Positions 1-13,645 of a stretch of 64,000 nt of DNA are shown here, one piece after another. The notes beneath the pieces were generated by a model, which was not told where the DNA came from, searched no databases, and was given only the letters and a program-made list of their open reading frames with translations. Every line of letters starts with the position of its first letter. Position 1 is the first letter of the stretch. Made by a program: the position numbers and the translations under genes. This DNA is from Eledone cirrhosa (Eukaryota). The DNA is taken from assembly GCA_964016885.1 (NCBI GenBank), contig OZ024757.1, positions 12,772,001 to 12,836,000 of the forward strand, read 5' to 3'.

Positions 1-104
1 TCAAGTGTCTTGCTCAAGGAAACAACACATCACCCGGTCTGAGAATTGAACTCACAACCTTTCGATTGCAAGGCCAATGCACTAACCACTAAGCCATGTG
101 CCTC

Positions 105-105
<1 letters not shown>
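1..105 (-). mobile_element. tRNA-derived SINE, 5' head (runs off window start)
   Basis: Minus strand GGAGGCACATGGCTTAGTGGTTAGTGC...GAGTTCAATTC has Pol III A and B boxes, then CCTTGAGCAAGACAC; related sequence at ~18750-18840. Confidence 0.7.
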
Positions 106-108
<3 letters not shown>

Positions 109-170
<62 letters not shown>

Positions 171-247
171 ATATATATATGTATATATATATATGTATAT
201 ATATGTATATATATATGTATATATATATATATGTATGTATATATGTG

Positions 248-329
<82 letters not shown>

Positions 330-337
330 TATGTATG

Positions 338-422
<85 letters not shown>

Positions 423-427
423 GTATG

Positions 428-474
<47 letters not shown>

Positions 475-495
475 GTATATACATATATGTATATA

Positions 496-538
<43 letters not shown>

Positions 539-598
539 ATATATATATGTATATATATATGTATATATATATATGTATATATATATATATGTATATAT
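109..598. repeat. (TA)n microsatellite with TG interruptions; similar tracts at ~4818-5194, 7676-8200, 10089-10347, 16850-17140
   Basis: Directly visible; these tracts flank each PLE/HHR element. Confidence 0.98.
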
Positions 599-692
599 AA
601 CGAAGGAAATGTGGTAAGGAACCAGGTGGACCATAACGCACCAAAGTACTCAATACTTGAGGTAGTAGAGTGGGTAATAGGAACCAGTAAGA

Positions 693-784
693 CCCCGACA
701 GCTGAGCTCAAGCCGTTTCGACGGCTAATTCTGGACTAAATGAACATTTATCCTGGTATTTAAATAGCCGATCTTCTCAAGGGG
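693..784 (-). ncRNA. Type I hammerhead ribozyme (U3-A8 core variant) in PLE1 pseudo-LTR
   Basis: cccc-TTGAGAA-gatcggcta...tagccgtc-GAAA-cggct tgagctc agctg-TC-gggg. Confidence 0.75.
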
Positions 785-1883
785 TAATTCCATATATGGT
801 CAAAGTGATTGTCAAAAATCAGTAGTAATTCTGTGGTTGCAAATTAGTAGGGGAGATGGTGGCTAAACCTGCCAGTAGGAGAAAGAGGGGAGGGGGTGGA
901 GTAGACCCAATCAAGCGTTGGTAGTGCCAGCTACAGCTGGGCATGAGGTCAAAGAAGATACAGGGGAGGGGGAGGGGGAGGAAGTCGGAACGGTAGGTAG
1001 AACAATGGGGGGTAGAAATAGGAAAGAAAAAATACTGAGAGTGAAGGAAAGCAAATAAGTGTAAAGAAAAAATTAAATTCTACGACCTAGGTGTCAGGCT
1101 ATTGTTAGGCGAGAATAAAATAAAGAAAGAAAGAAAGAAGTAAATAAATAAATAAATAAATAAATAAGGAAATAAGTATAGAACTAGGTGGGACGAATTA
1201 GGCAAGGACCCTTTTAAGAGGTATAAGTACGTAAATGATACGGTGACTGGTCAACAAAAGGGGCCAAAATACTAAAGAGACTACCACGAAATAAACAATA
1301 AAGGTTTCCATCCCGGGCCAGCAACGACCCAGTGCAGCAAAGTGAACTTGTACGACATAATAATTCTGAGTCCCGAGAAAAATATATACTAATGCTAACT
1401 CTAAAAGATCTAAAACAAGCTACATGAAAGTTCGTACGAAATAAAGGTAGAATACGGAGAAATAAGTTCAGAATCCACCCCGCCCAGAAGAAAAGCGAAG
1501 CAAGAAATACTGAAACGAAAAAAATAAGGCATAAGTGCCACTAAGAAATATAGAGGACACAGAGAATAGTGGGAGCGGTCGGAAAAGGGGGGCAAGTATC
1601 CGGGGTCTAAGCCAACTGCTATAAAGGGCGGAGTCCGCCAAATCTATCAAAGACTAGGGGAGGGGGGAGTGGGGGTACTAAGGCTACATGGGGCCAAAGG
1701 GCAGCCTCGGGTGGGCGAGAAAAGACGCCGACAAAGGAGAAGAGCTGGGGTAGAAGGACAAAGGAGAGAGGGGGGAAGGAAATAAAGGATGCGATAAATG
1801 AATACAAAGAAGATCTTACGTCTTCCTTGGCAAGCAGGGGTTACCCATTGCAAAATCGGCAACTGGGGTGTTATAGCCCTAGT

Positions 1884-3814
1884 CTACCCCCCCGGGTCAT
1901 TATGGGGTTTGAGGGCGAGGTAAGTCCTACGCAATCTATGTTTACATGCAGTAACCAGTTCATCTTTCTTGTTTAGGAGTTGGTCCGTCGAAAACAGCAT
2001 TTGTAAAGTTTCCTCCGAGCATAAATTGCACGGACGGCGTCCTCCCGTGTAAGAATTGGCTCTGGACAGTAATCTCCAAGTGAGATCATAGGTGATGTTG
2101 TTGTCCTTGAGGTCCCATATGTGGCCCGAAAGTGTAGTGGCGTGACGCCGGGCCGGGTTTCGGAAGGTATGTCTATGTTGGTATAGCCGGGTCTTGAAGT
2201 CACATGCGGTAAGTCCTATATAGGCTTTGTTGGAGGTATCCGTCCTCACGTTGCACTGGTAGATCACATTACGGTCTCTGCATCTATTGTCGAGTGGGCA
2301 AATAGATCTATCCGGGCAGTTACACCTCCTGGTCGGTTCTCCACTGCTATTTAGGTTATTTCTGCCATCGGGGTTGAGTTTTTTGTTGTTAGAGGAGACG
2401 ATGTTTTGTGCGAAGTTTGGTGTAGTGCTGTAAGAGAGTTTGATGGTATTTTTGTTAATTATGTTGTGGTAGCGGTGTTGTAATGGGAAGTGTTTTTCAA
2501 TGAGCCTAAAGAATAGTTTCCCGATGGGAGTAGTCACCTCTGCGTTGTGGGGAGGATTGAACCATGTTACATTGCGTGAGCGGCGGTGTCTCCTGCTGGT
2601 TCCGCTAATGGGATCTGGACAGTAGGATATTTCCTCCCGGAAACCACTCCGCTTGAGGGCCTGGTTGTAATAAGGCGCATGTTCATCGAATATCCGCTCA
2701 TTAGCTGACAAACGGGATATGCGGAGGGAGATGTTTTTGACCAGGTTGTTTGTGATGTTCCTAGGATGGTTTGATCGGCGGTGGATGTAGTGCAGATTGT
2801 CATTAGGTTTCCTGTATGGGTAGTACAGGTCGTTTTCGAGGTCGAGGGTTACGTCCAGGAAGTTTACTCGGGTCAGGGACGTTTGTAGGGTTATTTTAAA
2901 TCCCCAGTCGCGGAAGAATCTGATTAATTGTTTCCGGACCCGATCTGTACTACTGGGGTTGTACCCTTTAAGGGTAAGGAGCCCATCATCACGGTACAAT
3001 CCACCACCGAATGCAGGAAACATATCAGTGAGTTTGGCTATTAGGAATAATCCTATAAGATCAGTGACCTCCGCCGAATCCGTAGCGCCCATGCTGACGT
3101 CGAAGGGTGAGTCGGGAGCTCTTTTTATCCATTTAGAGTCGTCAAAGAGTAAGACTGTCTTCCTGGCGTGGAGGATGATTTTTCTTTCCTGGTCGGTGAT
3201 GGGCACGAGTGTTTCGGCGAAGTCCAAGGCGGCAGTAAGTAGCGGTAAGGTGATTGAAGCATAGTAGCTCTCTATGTCGAACTGTATGAATTTAGTTTCT
3301 CGTTTATCCTCCATATTGCTGAACCAGGAGATTACTTCCTGGGTGTTGATCCATAGGCTAAGTCGGGTGTGTTGCTTGACTTTTGGTATCACGCGGTCTA
3401 GGATTTTTTTGCTGATTCTCCCTATGTCGGACTTCGTTGGGTTAATAAGCCTGATGGAGGGTTTACGGTCAAAATCGGATTTATGGTCCTTCAGTGTGAA
3501 GTATGGTGTCCGTGGGTCTAGAGGTTCCGTGCGGTCGGCGACCCCGAGGCTGGAGGTGATTTGTTGTCCATCTCGATTTATGTCCTCGATGCAAGAGTGG
3601 TTGGCCTTTTTATAGGTGGAGTTTAGGCTGCTCCTGATCAGTGTGTGGTATCTGTCAGGGTTGACAAAGTATAGGTTCCCAGTTTTATCCGAATGCACCA
3701 TGATGTCATTTGTGTTATCATACTCTGTTAAGTTGCTACGGAGTTTTTGTAGGAATCGGTTGTGTCTGGGTTTAAATTTAATGTTCTTGACCAGTTGGAA
3801 GAGGTCATTCTCGA
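1884..3814 (-). CDS. PLE reverse transcriptase + GIY-YIG endonuclease, 5'-truncated (frame open upstream of Met 3701 to the inversion junction)
   Basis: DKTGN, QFDIESYY, MGATDS, YRDD, FLDVTLDL, WFNPP, CNC-x5-C linker, VIY..YIG; upstream in-frame FENDLFQLVKNIKF; no stops. Confidence 0.9.
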
Positions 3815-4709
3815 AGTACCCCCACTCCCCCCTCCCCTAGTCTTTGATAGATTTGGCGGACTCCGCCCTTTATAGCAGTTGGCTTAGACCCCGGATACTT
3901 GCCCCCCTTTTCCGACCGCTCCCACTATTCTCTGTGCCCTCTATATTTCTTAGTGGCACTTATGCCTTATTTTTTTCGTTTCAGTATTTCTTGCTTCGCT
4001 TTTCTTCTGGGCGGGGTGGATTCTGAACTTATTTCTCCGTATTCTACCTTTATTTCGTACGAACTTTCATGTAGCTTGTTTTAGATCTTTTAGAGTTAGC
4101 ATTAGTATATATTTTTCTCGGGACTCAGAATTATTATGTCGTACAAGTTCACTTTGCTGCACTGGGTCGTTGCTGGCCCGGGATGGAAACCTTTATTGTT
4201 TATTTCGTGGTAGTCTCTTTAGTATTTTGGCCCCTTTTGTTGACCAGTCACCGTATCATTTACGTACTTATACCTCTTAAAAGGGTCCTTGCCTAATTCG
4301 TCCCACCTAGTTCTATACTTATTTCCTTATTTATTTATTTATTTATTTATTTACTTCTTTCTTTCTTTCTTTATTTTATTCTCGCCTAACAATAGCCTGA
4401 CACCTAGGTCGTAGAATTTAATTTTTTCTTTACACTTATTTGCTTTCCTTCACTCTCAGTATTTTTTCTTTCCTATTTCTACCCCCCATTGTTCTACCTA
4501 CCGTTCCGACTTCCTCCCCCTCCCCCTCCCCTGTATCTTCTTTGACCTCATGCCCAGCTGTAGCTGGCACTACCAACGCTTGATTGGGTCTACTCCACCC
4601 CCTCCCCTCTTTCTCCTACTGGCAGGTTTAGCCACCATCTCCCCTACTAATTTGCAACCACAGAATTACTACTGATTTTTGACAATCACTTTGACCATAT
4701 ATGGAATTA

Positions 4710-4801
4710 CCCCTTGAGAAGATCGGCTATTTAAATACCAGGATAAATGTTCATTTAGTCCAGAATTAGCCGTCGAAACGGCTTGAGCTCAGCTGTCGGG
4801 G
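4710..4801 (+). ncRNA. Hammerhead ribozyme, inverted copy in PLE1; predicted cleavage after C4797 (GUC)
   Basis: Reverse complement of 693-784. Confidence 0.75.
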
Positions 4802-4992
4802 TCTTACTGGTTCCTATATGTATATATATATATGTATATATATATGTATATATGTATATATATATATGTATATATATATATGTATATATATACGTATATA
4901 TATATATGTATATATATATATATGTATATATATGTATATATATATGTATATATATGTATATATATGTATATATATATGTATATATATATATG

Positions 4993-5071
<79 letters not shown>

Positions 5072-5102
5072 GTGTATATATATATATGTATATATGTATA
5101 TA

Positions 5103-5196
<94 letters not shown>

Positions 5197-5375
5197 AGGG
5201 TGTTAAAGTTTGCTTGAAGCATTGTGAAATGTGTAAAATACGTAGTTAAGAAAGCCACAACAATATCGAGGTTGGAAGTGAAAGATAGATAGGAAAAACA
5301 GGTGAAAGTGAAAATTGAGAGAGACAAAGATGAAAACAAAACAAAGGTAGAAGGGTTACCGTAGTGGAGATTTAA

Positions 5376-5411
5376 TCCCAATATTTCGGGCTCACGCCCA
5401 TCAACGGGGGA
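5376..5411 (-). ncRNA. Minimal HHR-like motif with non-canonical core (PLE2); inverted copy at 7486-7521 (+)
   Basis: ccc-CCGTTGA-t-gggc GTGA gccc-GAAA-tatt-ggg; stem II covaries with the motif at 22103-22140. Confidence 0.55.
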
Positions 5412-6001
5412 AAGTTCCAAAAGGGAGGGAACAGGCCAAGCGGAGAAAGTTGTGATGTCGTTAAGACAGGAATGCCGTTATGGGGAGAAAATTATTTAAA
5501 ATTTAAACGAGGGAAAGAATGCGCGTGCGCGTCATAGGCTGTGGCAAAAACTACTGACCAAATGGGTTAAATCAAGAGGGTGCGCTAGCGTGTGAAAGCC
5601 GTAAGATATGTGTGTGTAAATATATATGTGTGTGTATAAGTGTAAGTGTGTATATGTGTGAGTGTGTGTGTGTGTGAAAGATAGTGGGCTGTAGAAGCTG
5701 GAAATCAAAGGGTGTGAAAGGTGGTAGGTTGTAAAACATGTGTGCGTGTATAAATATAGATGTGTGTGTGTAAGCGTATGGGTATACATGTGTGTGTAAC
5801 TGTGTGTGTATATGTATGAGTGCGTTTGTGTGTGAAAGATAGTGGGCTGTAGAAGCTGGAAATCAAAGGGTGTGAAAGGTGGTAGGTTGTAAAACATGTG
5901 TGCGTGTATAAATATAGATGTGTGTGTGTATGCGTATGGGTATGCATATACGTACGTGTGTGTGAAGATAGCAGGCCGTAGGCTGTGAATGGTCACTATG
6001 G

Positions 6002-7312
6002 TTAAGTTAGCCATGTCAGCTCATTTCTCTCAGCCCGGTTGTTAAGTGGGGGTCTGAGGTTCTTAATAACAAGTGTTTCCTTTATCCTTAAGGATCCGAT
6101 GCTGCGTTCAGTCGCTAGGACTGTGACCAAGGGTCTACCCTGTGGGTTTCCGCATTTAAGGATGTGTTTACGGAAGGAAGATGCGTTGGTGTTGATATGT
6201 TCCTTGATACGAACATGTAGGGGTCGGATGGTGCTACCTATGTAAAACTTGTTACATTTATCGCATTGAATCTTATATACGACATAGGTGCGTAGGCAAT
6301 CTGCCCCCCGTATCGGGCAGTTGCTGAGGGAACACGTCCCATCTGACTCGTCGGGTTTGTTGGAGAGGCATCTTCGCAGCGAAGGTCCTGTGTGGGCCAA
6401 ATGTATGTCAAGTCCCTCCGTCCGTATGGCCCTGCGGATGGCGTTCGTGGTGTATTCACTCAGGTGGGGGATTTTAAAGAAGCACCTGCTTTTATTTAAG
6501 TTTCTAGTGGGTGTCTGTCTATTGGGTCTGGGGTCTCTAATTCCGTTAATCAGTCGCTTGGGATAACCATTAGATCTGAGTAGATTACGGAATTGCGTGG
6601 TATGGGTGAGACCACCCATCGGGTCGCTGCATCTGTTAGTGATCCGTGTCAGTTCATTTAGGACATAGCCTCTCTTAGCGTTGTTGGGGAGGGCTGAGTT
6701 ATAATGCACAAATAAGTCCTTGCCCGCTGCTTTGCGGTAGAAGGTGGTGTTTATGTCTCCTTCTTCCGAGATGTTGATACGGAAGTCGAGGAGGGCGAGT
6801 GACCCGTCTTCTCCTGGGTGTTCGATGGTGAAATCGACGTGATGGTCAGTATCGTTGAAGATTTGGTGAATTTCATTCGCCATCTCCCGGGAAGAAGTAA
6901 GTATCAGGATGTCATCAACGTATCTGGAGTAGAAGGCGACGGGGTTGGGTTGGCAGGTATTGAGTGCCTTGCGTTCCAGGTGGTCCATGTACGAGATCGC
7001 AAGTATGCCGGACAGACTAGAGCCCATAGGTAGCCCAGAGATTTGTTTGTACGTGTGGCCGAGGAAATTGAAGAGTGCATTATCCACAACGAAGGAGAGG
7101 AGTTGGTGGATGTCCGTGTGTGTGAGTCCGAAGCAGTGTAAGTTAGATGCTCGAACTCGTTCGGTCAACAGGTCGACAGCTGGGGATGCTGGTACGGAGG
7201 TATAAAGGGCGACCACATCAAGACTGAAGGCATAACCGTTGTCCTTTCTGGTGTTGGGCGCCAGATGGTGTAGTCGCTCCAAGACCTCCTTTGAGCTGCA
7301 GACGTGGGCTGG
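6002..7312 (-). CDS. PLE RT + GIY-YIG endonuclease, 5'-truncated (first ~22 aa of the listed ORF come from the inverted arm and filler)
   Basis: SLDVVALYTSVP, YKQISGLPMGS, RYVDD, LLDF, NGYP, Cys linker, VVY..FYIGST..RIKEH, E..LN. Confidence 0.9.
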   Translation of the reverse strand, partial: PAHVCSSKEVLERLHHLAPNTRKDNGYAFSLDVVALYTSVPASPAVDLLTERVRASNLHCFGLTHTDIHQLLSFVVDNALFNFLGHTYKQISGLPMGSSLSGILAISYMDHLERKALNTCQPNPVAFYSRYVDDILILTSSREMANEIHQIFNDTDHHVDFTIEHPGEDGSLALLDFRINISEEGDINTTFYRKAAGKDLFVHYNSALPNNAKRGYVLNELTRITNRCSDPMGGLTHTTQFRNLLRSNGYPKRLINGIRDPRPNRQTPTRNLNKSRCFFKIPHLSEYTTNAIRRAIRTEGLDIHLAHTGPSLRRCLSNKPDESDGTCSLSNCPIRGADCLRTYVVYKIQCDKCNKFYIGSTIRPLHVRIKEHINTNASSFRKHILKCGNPQGRPLVTVLATERSIGSLRIKETLVIKNLRPPLNNRAERNELTWLT

Positions 7313-7673
7313 TAGTGTGTGTATGTATGTGTATATGTGTGTGTAGCTTTTGCCACAGCCTATCACGCGCACGCGCATTCTTTCCCTCGTTTAAATTTTA
7401 AATAATTTTCTCCCCATAACGGCATTCCTGTCTTAACGACATCACAACTTTCTCCGCTTGGCCTGTTCCCTCCCTTTTGGAACTTTCCCCCGTTGATCGG
7501 CGTGAGCCCGAAATATTGGGATTAAATCTCCACTACGGTAACCCTTCTACCTTTGTTTTGTTTTCATCTTTGTCTCTCTCAATTTTCACTTTCACCTGTT
7601 TTTCCTATCTATCTTTCACTTCCTACCTCAAGATTTCCCTCTGCATTGTTGTGGCTTTCTTAACTACGTATTT

Positions 7674-7712
<39 letters not shown>

Positions 7713-7721
7713 GTATATATG

Positions 7722-7800
<79 letters not shown>

Positions 7801-7937
7801 GTATATATATATATGTGTATATATATATGTATATATATATATATGTATATATGTATATATATACATATATATATGTATATATATATATATGTATATGTAT
7901 ATATGTATATATATATATGTATATATATATATGTATA

Positions 7938-7982
<45 letters not shown>

Positions 7983-7989
7983 GTATATA

Positions 7990-8072
<83 letters not shown>

Positions 8073-8200
8073 GTATATATGTATATATATGTATATATAT
8101 ATATATGTTTATATATGTATATATATATATGTATATATATATATATGTATATATATGTATATATATAGATGTATATATATATATGTATATATATATATAT

Positions 8201-10138
<1,938 letters not shown>

Positions 10139-10139
10139 G

Positions 10140-10292
<153 letters not shown>

Positions 10293-10347
10293 GTATATAT
10301 ATATATGTATATATATGTATATATATATATGTATATATATATATATA

Positions 10348-11977
10348 ATGGAAAATTTGAACAGAAACAAAACAGAGAGGCAGTACAACGAATGTTTATT
10401 AATTTCACGCTCTGGAGAGTGGGGTGGTGGTGGGGAACGACGTTTCGGGCATAAGCCCTTCCTCAGGTGAGAAGTCTGTGGGAAGAGAGTTCAAAGGGTG
10501 TGTAGGGGAGTGGTGGAGAGACATATAGCTAAAAGGGGGTGGGAGGAAACGGTGCGAATGAAAATAAAAATAAAGCATGATCAAAATAAAATGAAATGAA
10601 ATAAAAATAAATATAAAAGCATGATCAAAATAAACTAAAATTAAAAAGGGGTAAAACAGGTGGTGGAAGGGTGTGGGGTGTGTCGGGGTGGTGGCGGGTG
10701 GAGTGGGGAGAGGGAGACGGGGTGTCTGAGCGGCGAGGGCTGAAGGTGGTGTGTAGGTTTACGTCTGTTTGTGTGTATGTGAAAGCAAGGGTTGGGGGAA
10801 GAACGTGGTTGCATGTTCAGGAAGAGGTGTGTGTGGGGTGGGGTGTAGGTCGGAGTGTGTGTGCGTGTGTGGATAGAGGGGTGGGGGGAGAGGAATCCGG
10901 AGGCTGAAGGTGTAAATATGTGTTGGAAAGCACGTGTGTGTGGGGTTTAAGCATGTTGTGTGTGTAGGTGGCGTGTGGGAGAAAAAATTTTTGGGGTGTG
11001 TGTGTGGGTGAGTTATATAGGTGATTCCGTAAGAGGATATGGTTGAAATGTTGGTAAACTCCTATGATGGTAGTAGATTCCACAGTGGTCAAGTTCCACA
11101 TACGAGTATTCCATGAAGAGATGGTCGGAAGAGGAGAGATGTGGGGTGCGCGCGCAACAGGAAGTGGTCAAGGCGGTGGGAGTGCTGTGTGTCTGTTTGT
11201 GCTGGGAGGTGGTCAGAGGGCATAGCAGCAGTTGGGTGGAATGGTAAAGGGGCGTGGATGGGTAGGTGTGAAAGTTGGAGTGAGGAGGGTGTGTGTGTGT
11301 ATTAGTAGAGGTGTTAGTGGGATGAGTGAGTGTGGAGAAAGGGTGTGGGTGGAGCGGGGAGAGAAGGGTGTGGGGGCCGATGGAGGGAGTGTGGTGTACT
11401 GGTGTGTGTGTAGTTTGATGAAGGGGGTGTTAGTGGGTGTTAGTATATGGGAGGTGGAGAAAGGGTTGAATGCAGGTGTGAGTGGGGGTTAGTGGTGGTA
11501 GGGTGTGTAGAGTTGGTGGTGTACGAGGGTGTGTGGGTACGTGTGCGTGGGGTTGGGGGGTGTTAGTGATGTTAGTTGCGTGTGGGGTGGGTGGGTGGTG
11601 TAAGTGGGTGCGTGTGTTCGTGTGCTTGGGGTCAGGGGGTGTTACTGATGTTAGTTGCGGGGTGGTGGGTTGGAGGTGTGGGGGTGAGGGTTAGTGGTGG
11701 TAGTAGGGTGTGTGTTTCGTGTGAGCGCGTGTATATATGTACCGGTGGGTGTGTGCGTGTGATAAGGAGGAGGGAGGAGAAGAAAGGAGGGATGTTAGTA
11801 TGTTAGTTGGGGAAGGGTGGTCGGATGAGGGGTGGACTGGAGGTGTTAGTATTGTTAGTTGTGGGGTGGCCGGTGAAAAGGAGGGGTGTGTTAGTGGTGT
11901 TAGTGGGGGATGTGTGTGGGGGAGGGGGGCGGTCGAAGGCTAAGGGAATAAGGGTGGGGAGTTCAGGCCGGGGGGGA

Positions 11978-11978
<1 letters not shown>
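10348..11978 (-). mobile_element. Non-coding, strongly strand-skewed PLE-related element or 3' UTR with terminal HHR
   Basis: Between (TA)n tracts; HHR near the 3' end; no recognisable coding domain. Confidence 0.55.
10436..10470 (-). ncRNA. Minimal PLE-type hammerhead ribozyme
   Basis: ac-CTGAGGA-a-gggc ttat gccc-GAAA-cg-TC-gt. Confidence 0.75.
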
Positions 11979-12004
<26 letters not shown>

Positions 12005-12013
<9 letters not shown>

Positions 12014-12409
12014 GACGTAAAATAAGAAAATTATAAAAATTTACTTACTTCCTAAAATTTCACTCTAACTAATTAGTTTCTGAAATGGAATAAACATGGT
12101 TTCCGATTGGAACAACATGGAGAAATGTCCTTTCGTCATCAGGGAGATCTGTTCTCAGCTAAGTTCCCTGGAATCTAGTCCTCGCTTGCTTTTTTCCATC
12201 CACTGAATTATTTTTATATAAGTTCCCTGTGTCCACGCTTTGCCTGGGAACTTAGCTGAGAACAGATCTCCCTGATGACGATAGGACATTTCTCCATGTT
12301 GTTCCAATCGGAAACCATGTTTATTCCCTTTCAGAAACTAATTAGTTGGAGTGAAATTTTAGTAAGTAAGTAAATTTTTATAATTTTCTTATTTTACGTC
12401 TTTCATATA
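12005..12409. mobile_element. Small inverted-repeat element (arms ~12005-12168 / 12246-12409), HHR in each arm
   Basis: HHR 12268-12351 (+) and 12063-12146 (-): ctcc-CTGATGA-c-ga(a/t)agg...cctttc-a-GAAA-ctaattag-TT-ggag. Confidence 0.7.
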
Positions 12410-12678
12410 ATTGTTCTGCATCCCCTTGCATTGAACCACAAAGTTACTAAGATAAAACCTATATATTTGCTAGCATCGGTATACATCTGTATATATATGT
12501 CGGTAGATATACTAATTCTTTATAAATATATATATATATATATATAAGTCAGATGTATGGTAGGTCGTATGTGAATCGCGATGATCACGTCTGACCTACC
12601 AAATATGTGACGGTAGCTAGTTAAGCTCTATGCGTATACGCGTTGATGTAAATAATGATCCTACAATCACATGTTAGA

Positions 12679-12725
12679 TGCCTTGAAAAGTACCACCATA
12701 TGGTCGGACGAAACGGCTGTCGGCA
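12679..12725 (+). ncRNA. Hammerhead ribozyme (U3-A8 variant) in a ~230-bp solo pseudo-LTR (12546-12772)
   Basis: tgcc-TTGAAAA-gt..accatatggt..ac-GAAA-cggctg-TC-ggca; upstream hairpin at 12548-12610. Confidence 0.7.
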
Positions 12726-12852
12726 ATAAACTCGTTATAATGTCATAATAGTTCCTTTGTTCTTTTTCACTAATATATATATATATATATATATATATCG
12801 TTTCTGAATTTGTTTAGCAAGATTCTTTATCTGAAATCGTGTGTTGAAACCG

Positions 12853-13373
12853 ATATTGTTATACTTTGGGAGGGTCATGTTGCCAATAAGAAACACACGC
12901 ACCAGTTGCTTTCACTTCAATTTAATTTAATATATATTTATAAATTTACAAATTTATAAATTTCTGGTTGGTTGGTTGGTTCCACAACCAGATAGTTGTT
13001 TATATATATATAGTCATAGTTCTTTCGTCACACACTCTGTGACCTCTTCAGTGACTGGGGATTTCTTTCTTCGTTTCTGTGCCTTTCCTTTCTTCTATCC
13101 TACGCCATACAAACAAAATGGCGTAGGATAGAAGAAAGGAAAGGCACAGAAACGAAGAAAGAAATCCCCAGTCACTGAAGAGGTCACAGAGTGTGTGACG
13201 AAAGAACTATGACTATATATATATAAACAACTATCTGGTTGTGGAACCAACCAACCAACCAGAAATTTATAAATTTGTAAATTTATAAATATATATTAAA
13301 TTAAATTGAAGTGAAAGCAACTGGTGCGTGTGTTTCTTATTGGCAACATGACCCTCCCAAAGTATAACAATAT
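12853..13373. mobile_element. Near-perfect palindrome (256-bp arms, 9-nt spacer), HHR in each arm
   Basis: Arms 12853-13108 / 13118-13373; HHR 13170-13214 (+) and 13012-13056 (-): agtca-CTGAAGA-g-gtcaca gagtg tgtgac-GAAA-gaac-TA-tgact. Confidence 0.8.
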
Positions 13374-13396
13374 ATATATATATATATACACATATA

Positions 13397-13633
13397 TTTG
13401 GATTTAATGCTCTGAAATAGCGATATATATGTGAAGATAAACACAGAATATTCGAAAATATTCCGTATGTTTATAATAAACATTTTGAAGACCTAATCGC
13501 TATAGAATAGAATACGTCACGTATTACAATTTGAGATTCCCGATAAAAGCAAGGGAAGTAACCTACGCGTTTCATTCTTATTAGAAATCATCAGGATTAC
13601 ATATCCAATGCTTTTATCGAGAATGACACAGCT
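13397..13633 (-). mobile_element. Diverged partial monomer of HHR repeat family B (HHR 13558-13600)
   Basis: Aligns by eye to the 312-bp unit at 15901-16847. Confidence 0.8.
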
Positions 13634-13645
13634 TATATATACATA

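Larger units (their letters stand above)
599..4817 (-). mobile_element. Penelope-like retroelement 1 (5'-truncated, inverted pseudo-LTR; possibly Hydra-clade)
   Basis: RT + C-terminal GIY-YIG ORF; 1003-bp inverted repeat 677-1679 / 3815-4817; HHR in each arm; (TA)n on both sides. Confidence 0.92.
5195..7675 (-). mobile_element. Penelope-like retroelement 2 (5'-truncated, inverted pseudo-LTR)
   Basis: RT + GIY-YIG ORF; imperfect inverted arms ~5234-5554 / ~7342-7675; flanked by (TA)n. Confidence 0.9.

Noticed and set aside
36-105. Possible tRNA gene
   Set aside because: No proper acceptor stem; continues into a SINE body.
30-739. Long YI-repeat ORFs here and at other TA/CA tracts
   Set aside because: Stop-free translations of microsatellites.
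677-4817. DNA transposon or DIRS element inferred from long inverted repeats
   Set aside because: ORF is PLE RT + GIY-YIG, with no transposase or tyrosine recombinase.
11450-11910. TTAGG-like motifs as interstitial telomere
   Set aside because: Scattered and degenerate; no tandem telomeric array.
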